Shown: positions 24,782-34,190 of the stretch, in pieces | Layout of the letters: each line of letters starts with the position of its first letter | Position numbering within the stretch: position 1 is the first letter of the stretch | Source of the DNA: Chloroflexota bacterium | GTDB taxonomy: Bacteria > Chloroflexota > Dehalococcoidia > GIF9 > UBA5629 | Assembly: GCA_026389695.1 (NCBI GenBank) | Contig: JAPLHI010000037.1 | Location: forward strand, 1 to 34,970 | Length of the DNA: 34,970 bases | Direction of reading: 5' to 3' | Notes under the pieces: generated by a model | What the model saw: only the letters and a program-made list of their open reading frames with translations | Told to the model about the DNA's origin: nothing | The model's database searches: none | Program-made: the position numbers and the translations under genes

Positions 24782-27352
24782 ATGGCCGTTACTCCACTGC
24801 GAAAACAGTATCTTCGAATAAAACAAAGATATCCCGGCACTATCGTATTTTTCCGGCTGGGGGATTTCTATGAGACGTTTGATGATGACGCAAGGACAAC
24901 TTCCCGGGAACTGGAAATTGTCCTCACTTCACGGGAAATGGGCAAAGGACAGAAAGTGCCCCTTGCCGGCATTCCTTACCATGCGCTGGATAATTACCTG
25001 GCGAAGCTGATTAACCGGGGTTATAAAGTCGCTATTTGTGAACAACTGAGTCCGCCCGGCAAAGGTCTTGTTGATAGGGATGTAATAAGAGTCGTTACAC
25101 CGGGCACGGTAATCGAACCCGGCCTTCTCAATGAAAAGAATAACAATTATCTGGTCAGCATTATCATAGATAAAGGGCGTGCTGGTGTTGCCTATGTTGA
25201 TATTACCACAGGTGAATTTGCCACCACTCAAATTTCTGATACCCAGGTTGCCGATGAAATTGGAAGGCTTAACCCCGCGGAAGTAATAGTTCCCAAATCA
25301 GAAAAATATAAGGAATCCGCTGCGGCACGTAATATAACCCAACTTGATGATTACTTTTTCGAGCAGGATGTAGCCACTCAAGCACTATTGGAACATTTTT
25401 CTGTTTCATCATTAGAAGGTTATGGTTGTGCAAAGTTGCCCCTGGCAATCAGATCCGCCGGCGCTATCCTGGGTTATATCAGGGAAAATCAGAAAATAGC
25501 ACTGGGATTATTGAACCGGCTTTCCACATATTCAATACAGTCATTTATGACACTGGATATGCATACCTGCCGCAACCTAGAACTTTTCAATGGCCTTCGC
25601 TGGGGCAGTTACTCTGGTTCGCTTCTGGCTGTGATCGACCTCACCCAAACCCCTATGGGAGGCCGTTTACTAAAAAAATATTTGGGCCAGCCTCTGCTCG
25701 ACGTGGCTGAACTCAGCTTGAGGCTGGATGCTGTCGAATGGTTTTACCAGAATACACTGGTGCGCAGCTCCGTCATATCGCTACTTGCCGATATCTCCGA
25801 TGTGGAAAGGGTAATAAACCGTATTCGCAGCAATACAGCAACACCTCGTGATCTTATTGCCTTGAAATCAAGCCTGGAAAAGATAGACGGCATTGATTCA
25901 ATTATGGTTGATAATGGCACGCCAGAACAGTTGTTGCGTGATTTAAAGCGTTGTCCCGAGATAGTTGATTTAATCTCTCGAGCTATCACGGATAAACCGG
26001 CTGCGAATTTTGACCATGGCGGTATTATCAGACAGGGTTTTGCGGAGGAACTCGATAAGGTTCGTCTCATAGCTACGGATGCCAGACAATTTTTAGCCGG
26101 ATTGGAAAAACAGGAAAGAGAACGTTCCGGCATTAAATCGCTGAAGCTTGGCTATAACAGGGTATTCGGATATTACATTGAGGTATCGCAGGCAAACCTG
26201 AATCTCGTGCCACAGGATTATATACGCAAACAGACATTAGCCAATGGGGAACGTTATTATACACCCCAGTTAAAAGAATACGAGTCAATCATCTTAAATG
26301 CCCAGGAAAGGATGATTGAGCTCGAAAGGTCTCTTTTTAATCAGGTATGCCGGCAGATCGCGCTTTCGGGAGAGCAAATACTGACTTCTGCGGGAGCCGT
26401 AGCTAATATCGATGTCTTTTCAGGGTTTGCTGAGATCGCGATCAGGAATGGTTACGTGAGACCAGAATTGAACGGGGAAGATACTATTATTATTAAGGGG
26501 GGGAGACATCCGGTAGTCGAGAACGCGCTGGGTAAGGGACTTTTTGTGTCTAATGACACTTATCTGGCCAACAGGGACGCGCAGCTTATCGTGCTTACCG
26601 GCCCTAATATGGCGGGAAAATCCACATATCTTAAACAGGTAGCTCTTATCGTACTACTTGCCCAGATTGGCAGTTTTGTTCCTGCTGATTCAGCTATCAT
26701 CGGTATTGTTGATCGCATATTCACACGTATAGGCGCACAGGAAGATATTGCTGCGGGACAATCTACCTTCATGGTTGAGATGATTGAGGTTGCCAACATA
26801 CTGAACAATGCTACCTCGAGATCTCTGCTGATACTTGATGAAGTGGGAAGAGGTACCAGCACGTACGATGGTCTTTCAATTGCCTGGGCGGTCGTCGAGT
26901 ATATTCATAATAATGGAAGATTGAGAGCGAAGACACTTTTTGCCACGCATTATCACGAGTTAATAGAACTGGCAACGTTATTACCCAGAGTTAAGAACTT
27001 CAATGTTGCTGTCACCGAAGAGCAAGGCAAGGTAATTTTTTTGCGTAAAGTCATACACGGAGGAGCAGACAAAAGCTATGGTATTCACGTAGCGCAGCTT
27101 GCTGGACTTCCCAAAGCTGTCTTGCACAGAGCGGAAGAGATACTTGATCATCTGGAGAGCAATCAGAGCCACAATAATAAACGGGATATTAAAAATAAAG
27201 CCGATAATCAATCATTACAACTCTCAATATTTGGTAAATCATCAGAAATAGAGCAGGAGATCAGTGCACTGGATATTGATGAAATGACTCCTATCGATGC
27301 GATTAATAAGCTGTATGAATTCAAGAAAAAAGCAAAACATAATACAGAATAG
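24782..27352 (+). CDS. mutS: DNA mismatch repair protein MutS (MutS1 type)
   Basis: TPLRKQYLRIKQRYPGTIVFFRLGDFYETFDDDA (Phe-x-Glu mismatch motif), Walker A GPNMAGKST, DEVGRGTSTYDG, THYHEL. Confidence 0.93.
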   Translation: MAVTPLRKQYLRIKQRYPGTIVFFRLGDFYETFDDDARTTSRELEIVLTSREMGKGQKVPLAGIPYHALDNYLAKLINRGYKVAICEQLSPPGKGLVDRDVIRVVTPGTVIEPGLLNEKNNNYLVSIIIDKGRAGVAYVDITTGEFATTQISDTQVADEIGRLNPAEVIVPKSEKYKESAAARNITQLDDYFFEQDVATQALLEHFSVSSLEGYGCAKLPLAIRSAGAILGYIRENQKIALGLLNRLSTYSIQSFMTLDMHTCRNLELFNGLRWGSYSGSLLAVIDLTQTPMGGRLLKKYLGQPLLDVAELSLRLDAVEWFYQNTLVRSSVISLLADISDVERVINRIRSNTATPRDLIALKSSLEKIDGIDSIMVDNGTPEQLLRDLKRCPEIVDLISRAITDKPAANFDHGGIIRQGFAEELDKVRLIATDARQFLAGLEKQERERSGIKSLKLGYNRVFGYYIEVSQANLNLVPQDYIRKQTLANGERYYTPQLKEYESIILNAQERMIELERSLFNQVCRQIALSGEQILTSAGAVANIDVFSGFAEIAIRNGYVRPELNGEDTIIIKGGRHPVVENALGKGLFVSNDTYLANRDAQLIVLTGPNMAGKSTYLKQVALIVLLAQIGSFVPADSAIIGIVDRIFTRIGAQEDIAAGQSTFMVEMIEVANILNNATSRSLLILDEVGRGTSTYDGLSIAWAVVEYIHNNGRLRAKTLFATHYHELIELATLLPRVKNFNVAVTEEQGKVIFLRKVIHGGADKSYGIHVAQLAGLPKAVLHRAEEILDHLESNQSHNNKRDIKNKADNQSLQLSIFGKSSEIEQEISALDIDEMTPIDAINKLYEFKKKAKHNTE

Positions 27353-27384
27353 CAGGTGATTAGCCTGCAACAAGGCTGAAAAAG

Positions 27385-27413
27385 TAGCAGTTTCTATTAA
27401 AAAGTGGTATATT
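27385..27413 (+). promoter_or_regulatory. Putative extended -10 promoter for the arg operon
   Basis: TGgTATATT (27405-27413) with a weak -35 TAGCAG (27385-27390) at 17-nt spacing. The argJ ATG lies 15 nt after the -10 and has no SD. Confidence 0.35.
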
Positions 27414-27428
27414 TTCTGCTTTACGAAT

Positions 27429-28628
27429 ATGAAGATTAAAGAGATTAAGCTAGGAACGGTAACGTCTCCACATGGATTCATGGCCGGTGCGGTTGAAGCC
27501 GGTATTAAATATGAGGGGAGACTGGATACCGGAATTTTATTTTCCGAGAAACCATGCGTCTCAGCGGCTGTTTTTACAAATAACAGGGTAAAGGCAGCGC
27601 CGATTATTTTATCGATGAAACATATTCAATATGGTAACGCCAGAGCTATCGTGGTCAATTCTGGGTGCGCTAATGCCTGTACCGGTGATATAGGTATGCG
27701 CAGCGCCACCGAGACGGCCGAATTGGTTTCTGAGAAGCTGGGCATTCCGCAGGAGCAGGTTCTGGTAGCCAGTACAGGGGTGATTGGTACCCACATGCCC
27801 ATGGAAAAAATGAAATACGGAATTCAAAAACTCAAGCTTGCGGCGGACAGCGGGCATAAGTTGGCCGCGGCGATTATGACCACAGATACCAGGCCGAAGG
27901 AAATTGCCTTACGGGTAGAGGATACTACGGGCAAATACACGATTGGAGGCATAGCCAAGGGAGCGGGCATGATCCATCCGGATATGGCCACCCTGCTCTG
28001 TTTTTTAGCGACCGATGCCTTAGTAGAAAAGGATTTTCTCCGCAAAGCATTAAAAAAAGCAGTCGATGGCAGCTTTAATATGATCACAGTCGACGGCGAT
28101 ACCAGCACAAATGATATGTTATCAATTATGTCTAACGGCGCAGCAGCAAATATTGAGATTAACGCCGGAAACGGTAAGACTTTTCAAACAGCACTGAACC
28201 GGGTGTGCCAATATCTTGCCGGCAGCATAGCAGCCGACGGTGAAGGCGCTACCAAGATCATACAGGTTGACATTGAAGGCGCCAGAAGTATGATAGAAGC
28301 CAGAAAGATAGCCAGGAATATTGCCGGGTCTTCATTGGTGAAGTCGGCGATTCATGGTAATGACCCCAACTGGGGACGTATTGTGGCAGCACTCGGAAGG
28401 AGCGGTGCTTATATGCAGGAGAATAAGCTGGAAGTTTACCTGCAGGATGTTGCTGTTATGAAGAATGGCCTGCCTCTTACGATGGATAAAAATAGGCTGA
28501 GCAGAGACATAAACACGGACAAAGTGTTTATCAAGGTCTGCCTCAACATTGGTAAAGGCAAGGCTACTGCCTGGGGGTGTGACCTTTCCGAAGAGTATGT
28601 TACTATAAATAGCGACTATACGAGCTGA
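27429..28628 (+). CDS. argJ: Bifunctional glutamate N-acetyltransferase / amino-acid acetyltransferase
   Basis: SPHGFMAGAVEAGIK, the autoprocessing site MATLLCFLATDA, and GCDLSEEYVTINSDYTS at the C-terminus. Confidence 0.92.
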   Translation: MKIKEIKLGTVTSPHGFMAGAVEAGIKYEGRLDTGILFSEKPCVSAAVFTNNRVKAAPIILSMKHIQYGNARAIVVNSGCANACTGDIGMRSATETAELVSEKLGIPQEQVLVASTGVIGTHMPMEKMKYGIQKLKLAADSGHKLAAAIMTTDTRPKEIALRVEDTTGKYTIGGIAKGAGMIHPDMATLLCFLATDALVEKDFLRKALKKAVDGSFNMITVDGDTSTNDMLSIMSNGAAANIEINAGNGKTFQTALNRVCQYLAGSIAADGEGATKIIQVDIEGARSMIEARKIARNIAGSSLVKSAIHGNDPNWGRIVAALGRSGAYMQENKLEVYLQDVAVMKNGLPLTMDKNRLSRDINTDKVFIKVCLNIGKGKATAWGCDLSEEYVTINSDYTS

Positions 28629-28631
28629 TTT

Positions 28632-29423
28632 ATGTATAAATCAAAAATAGTAGTTGTAAAAATCGGCGGCAGTACCCTGGGTCAGAATGATACTACCTTT
28701 GAAGACCTGGTCGTTTTACAGAAAAAGAAAATGCCGATTGTAGTTGTGCATGGCGGCGGGAACACAGTCACGGACTGGCTGGGAAAATTGCACATATCCA
28801 CCCGCTTTGTACACGGGCTCAGGGTAACGGACGAAGATACTTTAAAGGTGGTTACCGCCGTCTTAGCCGGAATGGTTAATAAGGAGCTCGTATCTGAGAT
28901 TTGTCGTCTCGGTGGTAGAGCAATCGGTCTTAGTGGCGCAGACGGAGCGATCGTACTTGGAAAGAATGTCAATCCTGAGTTGGGACTCACTGCCGAGGAA
29001 TTAACCGTAAATACCAGGCTACTAAAAGTGCTATTAAATAGTGGATATATTCCGGTAGTTGCACCCGTATGCATGAATGCAAATTCAGATGGAAAAGAAG
29101 AAACCAATTTGTTGAATGTCAATGGAGATACCATAGCAGCCGAGATAGCAGCCGCATTAAATGCGCGAAAGCTGATATTTTTGACGGATGTTCCGGGTAT
29201 TTATGACGGCTCCAAGCAGGTAATTTCGCACATTGACTCGGAGACTGCTAAAACCATGATTAAGTCCGGCACTGCTTCCGGCGGAATGGTGGCGAAACTG
29301 GAGGCAGGCATCATCGCGGCTAAGAGGGTGTCTCTGACACGTATTACGGATGGCAGAATCCCTCACGCGCTTATCGATGAAATTGAAGGAAAAGGTAAAG
29401 GTACAACAATTGTCAGCAGATAA
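28632..29423 (+). CDS. argB: Acetylglutamate kinase
   Basis: IVVVKIGGSTL, VVVHGGG, NVNGDTIAAEIAAAL. Starts 3 nt after the argJ stop. Confidence 0.9.
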   Translation: MYKSKIVVVKIGGSTLGQNDTTFEDLVVLQKKKMPIVVVHGGGNTVTDWLGKLHISTRFVHGLRVTDEDTLKVVTAVLAGMVNKELVSEICRLGGRAIGLSGADGAIVLGKNVNPELGLTAEELTVNTRLLKVLLNSGYIPVVAPVCMNANSDGKEETNLLNVNGDTIAAEIAAALNARKLIFLTDVPGIYDGSKQVISHIDSETAKTMIKSGTASGGMVAKLEAGIIAAKRVSLTRITDGRIPHALIDEIEGKGKGTTIVSR

Positions 29424-30606
29424 TATCAACTGGCAGGAAGTAGAAAAGAAAGTATATATGCAAACATTTAAACGTTTGCCGGTGACACTTGTCCGCGGAA
29501 GTGGAATGAAAGTATGGGATTCGAATGGCAAGGAATATCTGGATTTCTTTGCCGGATTGGCTGTTAACAACCTGGGACATTGTCACCCTGTAGTGATTTC
29601 TGCACTTTCAGGGCAGGCAAACACGCTGATCCAGACATCAAACTTATTTTATACTATTCCTCAAACACAATTAGCAGAGTTGCTGGTTAATAACAGCTGT
29701 CTCGATAGGGTCTTTATCTGCAACAGCGGCGCTGAGGCCAACGAAGGAGCGATAAAGCTTGCCAGACGCTATGGTAAATTAAAGCTGAACGGAGCATATG
29801 AGATGATCACGGCTCATGAGTCTTTTCACGGCAGGACTCTGGCTACTACGGCTGCCACAGGACAGACCAAATTCCAGGAGCCATATATCCCGCTTCCGGA
29901 TGGATTCATTAATGTCAACTTTAATGATATTTCGGCTATTAAGGCGGCAACAACGAAATTAACCTGCGCGGTAATGCTTGAACCAATTCAGGGAGAAGGT
30001 GGAGTCAATGTACCGGATGATGACTATTTGAAAAAAGTACGAAACTGGTGTAATGAAAAAGGCATATTGCTGATCCTTGATGAGGTACAAACAGGCGTCG
30101 GACGGACCGGTACTATGTTTGCCTACGAACAATACGGTGTTGAGCCTGATATCATGACGCTGGCTAAGGGCCTCGGCGGCGGTGTGCCTATCGGAGCTTT
30201 CCTGGCAAAAGATAGTGTTACTGTTTTTAAGCAGGGTGAGCATGGCACTACATTCGGGGGCAATCCGCTGGTATGCGCTGTAGCTGTTGCCGTCCTTAAT
30301 TATGTAATTGAAAACAATATCTCGAACCATGTGAAAAATGTTGGTCAATACTTTATCGAGAAATTAAAAAAGCTGGCAGCTAAATACGATTGCATCACTG
30401 ATGTCCGGGGCAGAGGTTTGCTGCTGGCGATTAGTTTCAATCAAGATATTTCAGAAAATATCGTACTGAAATGCCTGGAGGAAGGATTACTTGTAAATGA
30501 TGTAAAACCGAACTCACTTCGCTTTATACCTCCGCTAATTGCCACTAACAACGATGTGGACACGGCACTGGAAATACTCGATAAAGTTTTGAAAGAGAGG
30601 AAATAA
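29410..30606 (+). CDS. argD: Acetylornithine aminotransferase (start uncertain)
   Basis: Class III PLP aminotransferase blocks: VRGSGMKVWDSNGKEYLDFFAG, FICNSGAEANEGAIKLAR, ILDEVQTGVGRTG, TLAKGLGGG. TTG 29410 has AAGGT 7 nt upstream and keeps the conserved pre-motif EVEKKVYMQTF. ATG 29458 is the alternative. The track start at 29350 lies deep inside argB. Confidence 0.88.
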   Translation: MSADNINWQEVEKKVYMQTFKRLPVTLVRGSGMKVWDSNGKEYLDFFAGLAVNNLGHCHPVVISALSGQANTLIQTSNLFYTIPQTQLAELLVNNSCLDRVFICNSGAEANEGAIKLARRYGKLKLNGAYEMITAHESFHGRTLATTAATGQTKFQEPYIPLPDGFINVNFNDISAIKAATTKLTCAVMLEPIQGEGGVNVPDDDYLKKVRNWCNEKGILLILDEVQTGVGRTGTMFAYEQYGVEPDIMTLAKGLGGGVPIGAFLAKDSVTVFKQGEHGTTFGGNPLVCAVAVAVLNYVIENNISNHVKNVGQYFIEKLKKLAAKYDCITDVRGRGLLLAISFNQDISENIVLKCLEEGLLVNDVKPNSLRFIPPLIATNNDVDTALEILDKVLKERK

Positions 30607-30608
30607 CT

Positions 30609-31841
30609 ATGGTTCGCAAAGGCAAAGTAGTTCTTGCGTACAGCGGCGGATTGGATACTTCCGTGGCAATCAAATGGCTGGCTGGAAAATATAATATGGA
30701 TGTCATTGCCCTGACGGTGGATATCGGGGGTGTTACAGATGTGCCGGCTATCATAAAGAAAGCTGAAAAAGTTGGTGCCGTTAAGGCCATTGCCGTGGAT
30801 GCCAGAGAAACTTTTATTAATGACTATGTTTTCCGTGCGCTACAGGCGGATGCGTTGTACGAAGGGCAATATCCTCTTGCTACGGCCTTGGGACGCCCTC
30901 TTATCGCCAAGTTACTTGTTGAAACTGCTCAGAAAGAGGGAGCCGCTGCCGTTGCTCATGGTTCCACGGGCAAAGGAAATGACCAGGTGCGTTTTGATGT
31001 CAGTATTTTTGCTCTTGGCCCCGGGCTAACAATTATTGCCCCGGCAAGGGAGTGGGGGATGACGAGGGAGGAGACAATCGAATATGCCCATAAACACAAA
31101 ATCCCGGTACCTGTTAAAGTTTCCAAACCATATTCCATCGATGAGAACCCGTGGGGACGAAGTATCGAGTGTGGTGTGCTGGAAGACCCGTGGACTGAAC
31201 CCCCTGAAGATATTTATGCATGGACAAAATCACCGGATAAAGCTCCTGATAAGCCGGAATATATAGAGATAGGTTTCGAGAAAGGTATACCCGTCAGCTT
31301 GAATGGTAAAAAGATGGATGGCATGGAGTTGGTGGAAAAACTAAATGTTCTTGCCGGAAGGAACGGCATCGGCAGGATTGATCACCTGGAAAGCAGACTG
31401 GTAGGCATTAAATCAAGGGAGATCTACGAATCACCTGCTGCCACAGTGTTACTTAAGGCGCATCTGGCGTTGGAAGCGATGACTCTTTCCAGAAATCAGC
31501 TAAGATTCAAGGAAAAAGTAGCTGGCGAGTATGCGGATATTATTTATAATGGACTCTGGTTTTCTTTCCTGCGAGAGAACTTGGACGCCTTCATTGAAAG
31601 CTCGCAGCGTTTTGTAACGGGTACAGTGAGAGCAAAATTGATCAAGGGCAATTGTGTAATTGTAGGAAGAAAATCTCCCACGTCGCTATACAGCTTCAAA
31701 TTAGCTACTTATGACAGGGGAGATATATTCGACCAGCGCGATTCTGCGAGCTTCATTCGTATTTATGGTTTGCCGGTGAAAATACAGTCTCAGGCGCAGG
31801 TATCAACCGGACCAAAGCAGAAAAAGAAAACACAAAAATAA
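30609..31841 (+). CDS. argG: Argininosuccinate synthase
   Basis: KVVLAYSGGLDTSV, AHGSTGKGNDQVRF, and the SIDENPWGRS region. Confidence 0.93.
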   Translation: MVRKGKVVLAYSGGLDTSVAIKWLAGKYNMDVIALTVDIGGVTDVPAIIKKAEKVGAVKAIAVDARETFINDYVFRALQADALYEGQYPLATALGRPLIAKLLVETAQKEGAAAVAHGSTGKGNDQVRFDVSIFALGPGLTIIAPAREWGMTREETIEYAHKHKIPVPVKVSKPYSIDENPWGRSIECGVLEDPWTEPPEDIYAWTKSPDKAPDKPEYIEIGFEKGIPVSLNGKKMDGMELVEKLNVLAGRNGIGRIDHLESRLVGIKSREIYESPAATVLLKAHLALEAMTLSRNQLRFKEKVAGEYADIIYNGLWFSFLRENLDAFIESSQRFVTGTVRAKLIKGNCVIVGRKSPTSLYSFKLATYDRGDIFDQRDSASFIRIYGLPVKIQSQAQVSTGPKQKKKTQK

Positions 31842-31867
31842 ATTATATTTATTTTGGCGAGGGTGGA

Positions 31868-33268
31868 ATGGGACAAAAAAAAGAAATCAGGCTTAGAGGC
31901 AGGTTCACGGAAGATATTGCCGGCAGCGTTATGCGCTATGTCGCTTCGCTACCCTTTGATCAGCGACTATATAAACACGACATCCAGGGCAGCTTAGCCC
32001 ATGCAGAAATGCTCGCCAGGCAAAAGATCATATCTCAAAAGGAATTAATACAAATTAGAAAGGGTTTACGGTTAATTCAGGTAGAGATAGAGCAGGGGAA
32101 ATTTCAGTTTAAACCGGAGCTGGAAGACATACACATGAGCATTGAGAATCGCCTTTATGAGACGATAGGTGATGTTGCCGGCAAATTACATACTGCGCGA
32201 TCGCGAAACGATCAGGTGGCCCTTGATATCAGGCTGTTTGCGCGTGAAGCTGCGCAGAATACAATTGACATGCTTATAAAGCTATGTTCAGTGTTAGTAG
32301 ATCATGCTAAAAAGAATATTCAAGTGGTAATGCCCGGCTATACGCATTTGCAGCAGGCGCAACCAGTGCTCTACTCGCACTATGTACTGGCATATTTTGA
32401 GATGTTCCGGCGTGATATCGAAAGGTTGGAAGATTATCTGAAAAGAGTCAACGTTCTACCTCTGGGAAGCGGAGCGCTGGCGGGTGTACCGTATCCCATC
32501 GACAGGGAATTTGTCGCCCGCAAACTTGGATTCGGTTCTGTTAGTGCCAACAGCATCGATGCCGTAGCAGACCGGGATTTTATTATTGAATACGAAGCTG
32601 CAGCCGCGATTACAATGATGCATCTATCGCGGTATTCCGAAGAAGTGATTATATGGTCCACCAGGGAATTCGGATTCATTGAACTCAGTGACGCATATAC
32701 AACCAGCAGCAGCATCATGCCCCAAAAGAAAAATCCCGATGTAGCCGAATTGGCAAGGGGCAAATCCGCAAGGGTATTGGGCACCCTTACAAGCATGCTC
32801 GCTGTAATGAAGGGATTACCCCTGGCATATAACAGGGACTTGCAGGAAGATAAGCAGGGATTCTTTGATACTGTAGATACCCTGATTTCGAGTATAGAGG
32901 TCATGACCGGACTTGTGAATTCGCTACAAATTAATCCGCTAAGGATGAAAACCTCGATGGACAGTTATATTCTGGCCACTGATCTGGCGGATTATCTGAC
33001 AAAAAAAGGATTACCTTTTCGCGAAGCTCATGATATTGTGGGGAGGCTGGTTTCGTATGCTATTGGGAGGAAAACAGAGCTGAATAAACTTGATATAAAA
33101 GAATATAAACGTTTCTCATCATTATTTAAGGATGATGTATACCAGATCACCGTCGATAGTTCTGTGAAAGCAAGATCGTCATATGGCGGTACATCTCCGG
33201 ATCAAGTGAAGCTACAGATACAAAAAGCCGGGGGAATGCTAAGAAAATATGAAACGCAGAAAAATTAA
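31868..33268 (+). CDS. argH: Argininosuccinate lyase
   Basis: LHTARSRNDQV, GYTHLQQAQP, SSIMPQKKNPD. Confidence 0.93.
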   Translation: MGQKKEIRLRGRFTEDIAGSVMRYVASLPFDQRLYKHDIQGSLAHAEMLARQKIISQKELIQIRKGLRLIQVEIEQGKFQFKPELEDIHMSIENRLYETIGDVAGKLHTARSRNDQVALDIRLFAREAAQNTIDMLIKLCSVLVDHAKKNIQVVMPGYTHLQQAQPVLYSHYVLAYFEMFRRDIERLEDYLKRVNVLPLGSGALAGVPYPIDREFVARKLGFGSVSANSIDAVADRDFIIEYEAAAAITMMHLSRYSEEVIIWSTREFGFIELSDAYTTSSSIMPQKKNPDVAELARGKSARVLGTLTSMLAVMKGLPLAYNRDLQEDKQGFFDTVDTLISSIEVMTGLVNSLQINPLRMKTSMDSYILATDLADYLTKKGLPFREAHDIVGRLVSYAIGRKTELNKLDIKEYKRFSSLFKDDVYQITVDSSVKARSSYGGTSPDQVKLQIQKAGGMLRKYETQKN

Positions 33269-33917
33269 AATCGCGCCCTCTATTTTATCTGCGGATTTTA
33301 GCTGCATGGGTCAACAGGTTGCAGAGGCGGTTAAAGCGGGTGCCGATTATATACATGTGGATGTTATGGACGGTCACTTTGTTCCCAATATCTCCATAGG
33401 TATTCCTGTTGTCGCTTCCCTACGGAAAATAACAAAAATTCCGCTTGATGTGCATCTTATGATCGAGAAGCCGGAATTATACATCTCCCAATTTATTGAT
33501 GCCGGCGCGGATATCCTTACCGTTCACGTGGAAGCCAGTACGCACTTGCATAGTACCATTAACTCCATCAAAGAACAGGGCATCAAGGCCGGAGTTTCTC
33601 TTAAACCGGCGACACCGCTTAGCTCCATTGATGAGGTGCTATCTATGGTCGATCTCGTATTGATTATGACCGTAAATCCCGGTTTTGGCGGTCAGGAATT
33701 TATTGAAAATACCCTTGATAAGATAGTAAGGTTACGCAGAATTATTTATAATAGGAAAATCAATGCCGAACTTGAAGTTGACGGTGGGATAACCGTAGAG
33801 ACAGCCCCCAGAGTTGTCAAAGCAGGCGCCGACGTTTTAGTTGCAGGCTCAGCAATTTTTAATACGAAGCTCGGTATTGGCGCAGCTTTAAGAAATATTC
33901 GAAAGGCGTTAAACTAA
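33249..33917 (+). CDS. rpe: Ribulose-phosphate 3-epimerase
   Basis: KIAPSILSADF, IHVDVMDGHFVPN, MTVNPGFGGQEF, VDGGI. The start overlaps the argH stop by 20 nt. Confidence 0.92.
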   Translation: MKRRKIKIAPSILSADFSCMGQQVAEAVKAGADYIHVDVMDGHFVPNISIGIPVVASLRKITKIPLDVHLMIEKPELYISQFIDAGADILTVHVEASTHLHSTINSIKEQGIKAGVSLKPATPLSSIDEVLSMVDLVLIMTVNPGFGGQEFIENTLDKIVRLRRIIYNRKINAELEVDGGITVETAPRVVKAGADVLVAGSAIFNTKLGIGAALRNIRKALN

Positions 33918-34102
33918 TGAGCGGCCTTATGTCTGGTTCGAATACATCTGGAACAAAGATTAAATCGAACAGCGGTACCATTGATATTGATAGTAGTAGG
34001 CTGAATATTGGGGAGCCATGTCCTTCTGGTATGTTGTTTGGAGTGGCTTACTCGGTTACCAAAACGGAGAGTTTTACCACAATAATCACATTTGATGGCC
34101 AA
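33914..34102 (-). CDS. rpmB: 50S ribosomal protein L28
   Basis: MAIKCDYCGKTLRFGNRVSHSKQHTRRTWLPNIQ matches the bL28 pattern. SD AAAGAGGT lies 8 nt upstream. Confidence 0.9.
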   Translation of the reverse strand: MAIKCDYCGKTLRFGNRVSHSKQHTRRTWLPNIQPTTININGTAVRFNLCSRCIRTRHKAAH

Positions 34103-34130
34103 TTTTAAACCTCTTTATCTGAAAATGTTA

Positions 34131-34158
34131 TTGCTAATGGACAACAATGATATATAAT
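34131..34158 (+). promoter_or_regulatory. Putative promoter of the DAK2/YloV gene
   Basis: TTGCTA (34131-34136), 16 nt, TATAAT (34153-34158). SD AAGGAG at 34181-34186. Confidence 0.4.
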
Positions 34159-34190
34159 ACCACAATTGTTCTGAAGGTAAAAGGAGATAA

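Noticed and set aside
24776-24784. TATAAT hexamer directly abutting the mutS ATG as a leaderless promoter
   Set aside because: With no gap between the hexamer and the ATG, the TSS would fall inside the coding region. The upstream TTTAAA (about 24767-24772) is too weak to call. The mutS promoter is left unassigned.
27414-27440. An ARG-box/ArgR operator around the argJ start (TACGAATATGAAGATTAA)
   Set aside because: It only partly resembles the TGAAT-AT-rich-ATTCA palindrome, and there is no second half-site or tandem box.
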